From Thelocarpon superellum (Eukaryota): DNA of 64,000 nt. Position 1 is the stretch's first letter. Every line of letters starts with the position of its first letter. Positions 59,074 through 64,000 of the stretch are shown here, one piece after another. Both the position numbers and the translations under genes were made by a program. The notes under the pieces were generated by a model. That model was not told where the DNA came from. It did not search any database and saw only the letters and a program-made list of their open reading frames with translations. The stretch spans positions 1 to 64,000 of the forward strand of contig JAPEUG010000057.1 in NCBI GenBank assembly GCA_026025795.1, given 5' to 3'.

Positions 59074-61559
59074 CTAGAATGCCAGCTCCCGCACCGCGCC
59101 CCGTCGAGTCCGGGCGTCATACTCGACCCATCGCGCAAGCGGGCGTCGAGCGAGCGGCACCAGCGACCCCGGGTTCATGACGTGGCATCCCTCGTAGGTG
59201 AGGGCAAACGGAGGCGCCTCGGGGTCCACGAGCACCAGGGCCGTGGGCAGCGGGTAGAGCTGCAACGCCCCTGCGTAGTCCCATAGCACAGGCCGCGTCG
59301 AGATGGGAAAGGGCGACAGATAGCTTTGGTCCAGCAGCGTCTTGACCAGTTTCCGCGCTGTGTGTTGCTCGCTCTTGTCGTCCTTGGTGGTGGTAGAGGT
59401 GGTGAAGGTGGTGGATGCGCCTTCGGGGTCGGCGGCGTCCAGGTCCATTGCTTCTGTTGGGTCGGGGGCGTGGCGAGGTGCATCGGTCTGCACGGCGTCG
59501 GTGTCTGCGCCGCCGTCGTCGTCGGAGGGAATGAATCGGAGCGCGTTCCGCCGTAGCCGGCCTGACATGTCGTCACGGAAGAAGACCAGTTCCTGCGCGG
59601 GCCCGAAGAGGGTCAGCCTTGTCGGATTCGTCGTCCAGATGGCCTCGCCTCCCTCTCCTCGCCGGCTGGTCTTGTCCGCCTCGGCGTTGACGGTGGCAAA
59701 GGTCCGTTTGACGCGTGACGTGAAGAGCTCCGGCACCCCTTTCCGCGGGATCACCGTGGCCGCGCCAGCAGAGAAGGCAGACGCCCATGGGTCATTGTCC
59801 CCGGGCACGAAGATGAAGGTGGCGCTTTGCAGGATGGTGGGAAAGTCGGCAAGGATGGATGCCAGCGCATCGAAGCCTTCCTTGTACTCGATGCTGCCGG
59901 CATTGCCGCCGGCCATGACGGCGTGTTGGACAAAGTTGCCCGTCAGCACAAACACCATGGGTGTCTCGTGCACGGCTTCCGCGGCATATCGTCCCAGGAC
60001 CTTCCGCAGGGCTACCAAGGTCTTGGGGCTGTCCAGGTTGACGTCTCCTAGAATCACGATCCGGCCTTGGCTGCGGTTGGACTCTTCGTCCGCAGCAGAA
60101 GCTCGGCCCAGCAGTCGCTGCTCGATCCGTCGCATGCGTGATCCGAGCGCACGCTCACTTCCGACCCCGAGGAAGTCGACCCATCCGAACCCTCCTCCCG
60201 TTGACACGGTCCTCCGCGCTCCGGCATTGGGAAGACCTAACGTGACCTCACGTCGCTCACACGGAGGACCGCCCATCGATAAGCCGACCAGCTTTCCATT
60301 GATCGTGCCGCCCACGCCGCCGCCTCCGAGAGCACCTCCACTGGCATCATAGTCCTCTTCGTAGACGCCCTCAACGAGGACGATCATGCCGGGAACGAAC
60401 CATGCGCCATCTTCCGGGACCGGCTTGGCTTGTTGGATGTCCAGGGCGATGCTGCCCGTCAAGTCCGTCAGGGCTAGCGTTCCCGTTGGGGCGATGGTCA
60501 GCAGGCCCAGGAGGAGATGGGTGCTGCCGGTCCGACCGAGCAAGTTGGCAATCTGCGTCAGCTTGTAGGACTGCTGCGCCGTGGCCATGGTCGACGAGGT
60601 CCGTTGCAGCGATGGTGGCCGTGACACGGTCACGGCGGGGGTCTGGAAGGACTCGTTCCGGAGTAGTCGCTGATGGATGAGATTGTACCGATTCCGGAAC
60701 ATATGTGTCTTGTGTGCCGGCGGTGGCAGTAAGGATGGCGCCGTGGTCACCCTGGACGGCAGTCAGCAACGACGATGGTCTCACGCAGCTGCCCCACATA
60801 CCGATCAAAGTGCTTTTTGCCGGGGTTGAAGGTCAACCGTGGCTGAGTCCAGGCATCCACCACCGTCATCCACTTTCGCGGATCTCCCGCCGCCTCGTCT
60901 TCTTCCTCGAGGTCGTCCACGCCCAGCGATGAGAGCCCTAGGCTGGATTGGCTGTCCGTCCTTGCCAGGTCCGGCCTGCCCTCGGTGGAGCTGTACAGGG
61001 CAGAAGCAGAAGCAGAAGCAGAAGCAGAAGCAGAAGCAGAAGCAGTCTCTCCGGTGCCGCCGAAGGCGAAGCTGCTCTGTCGGCTCAGACCACGGCTCTG
61101 CACGATCTTTCCACCGGCCATGGAGCCCTCAAGGTTCTTCAAGATGCCCTTGAGGGCCTCCCCCTCGCCATCCACAATCACGCCGCCGCCATTCTTCTTC
61201 CAACTCCGCGCCACCTCTTCCAGCACCTTCTCGCCCAGCCCTTCCTCGCGCCATCCCGTGCCACAGTGCTTCCCAATGAATGAGGCGAGTGATTGGAGAG
61301 CGGTCGACGTGAGCGTGAGGTTGTATTTCTTAGTAAAGGTGCGAAAGGCGACGGGCCGGAGGGTGGGGGGCGGCAGGAGGATGGGAAGGACGGTGGGCTT
61401 GGCGGGAGGAAGTCCTCTGGCGGCGAGCGGCCGAATGGGATGTGCTGGGGTGGCAAAGGCGGGGGACGAGGATGGAATCGGGTTGGCCGGGGGTGCGGGC
61501 GTGTCCGGGGGGAGGAAGAGCGGAGCCGTGTGGGTGGTGAGGGGGTCCGGTCGAGCCAT
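59074..61559 (-). CDS. DPB2: DNA polymerase epsilon subunit B
   Basis: LRPVAFRTFTKK, FRNRYNLIHQRLLRNESF, LTDLTGSIALD, FVPGDNDPW, WDYAGALQLYPLPT, CHVMNPG; one intron near 60750-60800; (SA)7 insert from a GCAGAA repeat. Confidence 0.96.
61000..61045. repeat. (GCAGAA)7 perfect coding microsatellite in DPB2
   Basis: Seven perfect units, encoding an ASASAS... run. Confidence 0.9.
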
Positions 61560-61773
61560 GCTGTCGGCCAGGTACAGATTGAGGCTCTACCGACCCATTG
61601 AGATCATTCGATGTCACCCTTCACTCGTCAATTATTCGGGGGCGCTCCATGATATCCATCGCTAGTTAGTACTTCAGGGGGGCCCCGGGATCGAACCTGG
61701 CGGAGAGATGTGTATGTACAAGTACGATGTGGTGCAGCTCTGTGGCCCCGGCTGACAACTGGAAGTTGCCGTA

Positions 61774-61841
61774 ACGCGACTTGTCAGACGCGACTCCCCA
61801 CCAAACGCATGACGCGAAGGTCGCCGTCGTGGCTGGCGCGT
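61774..61841. promoter_or_regulatory. Cluster of MCB-like (ACGCG) elements in the DPB2/NASP divergent promoter
   Basis: ACGCGA at 61774, 61788 and 61812, and CGCGT at 61837. Confidence 0.55.
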
Positions 61842-62049
61842 GTACGAAGTAGGAGAGATCCCAGTGAGTCGTCACCGCAATCCCCAATCCAACCCACTTT
61901 GCGATCCTCATCCATCAGTCACTTCTCCGCATGACTGCCAGACACTTCCGTTTCCGCGTCAGCCGAATCCTCACGCCGCGACCGACTCTCCTCATCCGTT
62001 GCGGCGATCGCGGACCTTCAGGTCCATCACCTGAGCGGCCCGAGGAGCC

Positions 62050-62544
62050 ATGGCTTCAGCGACGCTGCAGACGCCAGAGTCGGACCTCACGGGTCAGGCC
62101 AAGCTTCAAGACCTGACGGCGCGAGCAACGAAGCATTACTCACTGAAAGACTATGTCACGGCCTCCGATCTGTACGCGCAGGCCTCGGAGCTGCAGGCGA
62201 GGCTCAACGGGGAGACGTCCACCGACAACGCCGAGATCCTCTATCTCTACGGACGAAGTCTGTATCAAGTCGGCGTCAGCAAGAGCGATGTCCTCGGTGG
62301 CAAGGCGGGGGTCGAGGCCACAGCCGAGAAGACGAATCCGCCCAAGTCGAACGGGAGCACGGCGGAGGGTCGAGTGGCAGAGGAAGTGGTGGCCCAGGTC
62401 GTCGAGAATAAAGAGGGCGTGATCAAGCCCAAGGATGATGCGGGTGCGGACAAAGCATATTTCCAGTTCACCGGCGACGAGAACTGGGATGACTCGGAGG
62501 ACGAAGAGGGCGAGGGCGCGGCTGAGGATGCCGACGCCGGCGAG

Positions 62545-62581
<37 letters not shown>

Positions 62582-63611
62582 AGGACGATCTGACGGCGGC
62601 GTGGAACGTGCTGGATCTCGCGCGGGTACTGCTCGACCGACGACTGACGGAGCTACACGAATCGCTGGGCAAGGGCAAGGGCAAGGGCACCACGGACTCG
62701 GCCGCCGTCAAGCACGTCAAGGAGCGATTAGCAGACACGCACGACCTCCTGGCCGAGATCTCCCTCGAGGGCGAGAAGTTCCCTGCCGCCGTGACGGATT
62801 TCCGCGCCTCGCTCGTGTTGAAGCGGGAACTACATCCGGTGGAATCCAGCATCATTGCCGAGGCACACTACAAGCTCTCGCTGGCGCTAGAGTTTGCCTC
62901 GACCACGAGCGTGGCGCCAGAGAAGGAGGAGGAAGATCCCGACGCGCCCAAGGACGTCCAGGTGGATGAGGCCGGCCGCGAAGAGGCTGCCACGGAAATG
63001 GAGGCGGCCATCCACAGCTGCAGACTACGCGTGAAGCAGGAGGAGGCGCAGCTGGCCGCCTCCGCGACCGCGACCGCCGAGGCCGACGCATCCAACGGCA
63101 CGTCGACAGTCACTCGAGCCAGCATCGACGACGTCAAGGAGATGATTGCCGACATGGAGCAACGAGTAAGCGACGACCCTCGTCTCTTCCTATTGCCACA
63201 CTCCTTTCTGATGAGATGCAGGTACTTGATCTGCGCAACCCGCCCATTTCCATCGACTCGTCCGCCAGCACCGGGCCCGCCGGCGCCCCGGATGGTTCGA
63301 ATCCACTCAGTGGCATCCTGGGCTCGATCTTGGGCGAGGCGCCCGCCGTGCAAAAAGAACGCATCGAGCAGGCGAAGCAGCAGGCGACAGATCTGACGGG
63401 GTTAGTACGCCGGAAGAAACCCACGGCCACGATGGCGGAGGCGGACGAAGTGGAGACGGGCGCGAATGGTGCTTCTGCGACGGCGAGCAACGGAGAGGCA
63501 ACGACGGGCACGAAACGAAAGGTCGAGTTCGTCGAACCAGATGCAGACGCAGATGCAGTGAACGACGGGGCCGAGGGGAAGAAAGCACGGATCGAGGAGG
63601 ACGGGGAGTAG
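62050..63611 (+). CDS. NASP/Sim3/Hif1-family histone chaperone (SHNi-TPR)
   Basis: YLYGRSLY..GVSKSDVLGG, FQFTGDENWD, acidic insert, AWNVLDLARV, LADTHDLLAEISLEGE, AEAHYKLSLALEF, basic C-terminal NLS; intron 63166-63221. Confidence 0.92.
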
Positions 63612-64000
63612 GGTGGTTGATGAACCTCTAGATTGATCCGTGAGGTGGAGACATGTATCTATGGTTTAAATGGAATGGGAATGACTGGGACACATGGTCG
63701 GTCGGGAGGTAGTTGTGGTCAACACTTCCAGCTTTGCGTCCGGCGAAATTACCAATGCAAGCCCGCACGCACACAAACAAGCAGCAAAAAAGAACGTAAG
63801 ATGCGATCGATGTAGCCACGCCACGATGCTGCTTATTCGTATCTGTTGCACTCGCTGCGCTACACTGCGCTGCGCATACAAGAGAACCGTCGCTTCTCAA
63901 TGAAGTTGTGTGTGTCGGCGGATGGAGTGGGTTCAACGTCAGCTTCAAACGGCCGTGCGATGCTCCGCAGGCACGGCCACCATTTCACGTCCCGGTAGTG

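Overview
GC-rich, gene-dense eukaryotic DNA with short spliceosomal introns (GT..CTRAY..YAG), consistent with a filamentous ascomycete (Pezizomycotina); the species cannot be determined from the window. Most of it is housekeeping genes: Vps62-like, TFIIIC subunit, SCJ1, cytochrome b5, RPL10, RPL30, complex I 24-kDa subunit, FLC/TRP channel, AIP1, FUSC/ArAE transporter, HFI1/ADA1, PRP6, DIM1, HRP1-like RRM protein, GYP1, DPB2 and NASP/Sim3. Between them lie several secreted proteins I cannot assign to a family. These are a 15-aa amphipathic-repeat protein with an X-Pro propeptide, a 900-aa intronless toxin-like protein (hydrophobic helices plus a beta/gamma-crystallin-like tail) with a probable degraded paralog fragment about 3 kb away, and a two-exon 52-aa cysteine-rich peptide gene missing from the ORF track. 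Notable splicing and regulatory features are a GC-AG intron, a 10-nt micro-exon, a 1.1-kb intron with a cryptic poison exon, and clustered promoter motifs. No tRNA, rRNA, CRISPR or transposon was recognised. All identifications come from reading the sequence by eye; no database searches were run.
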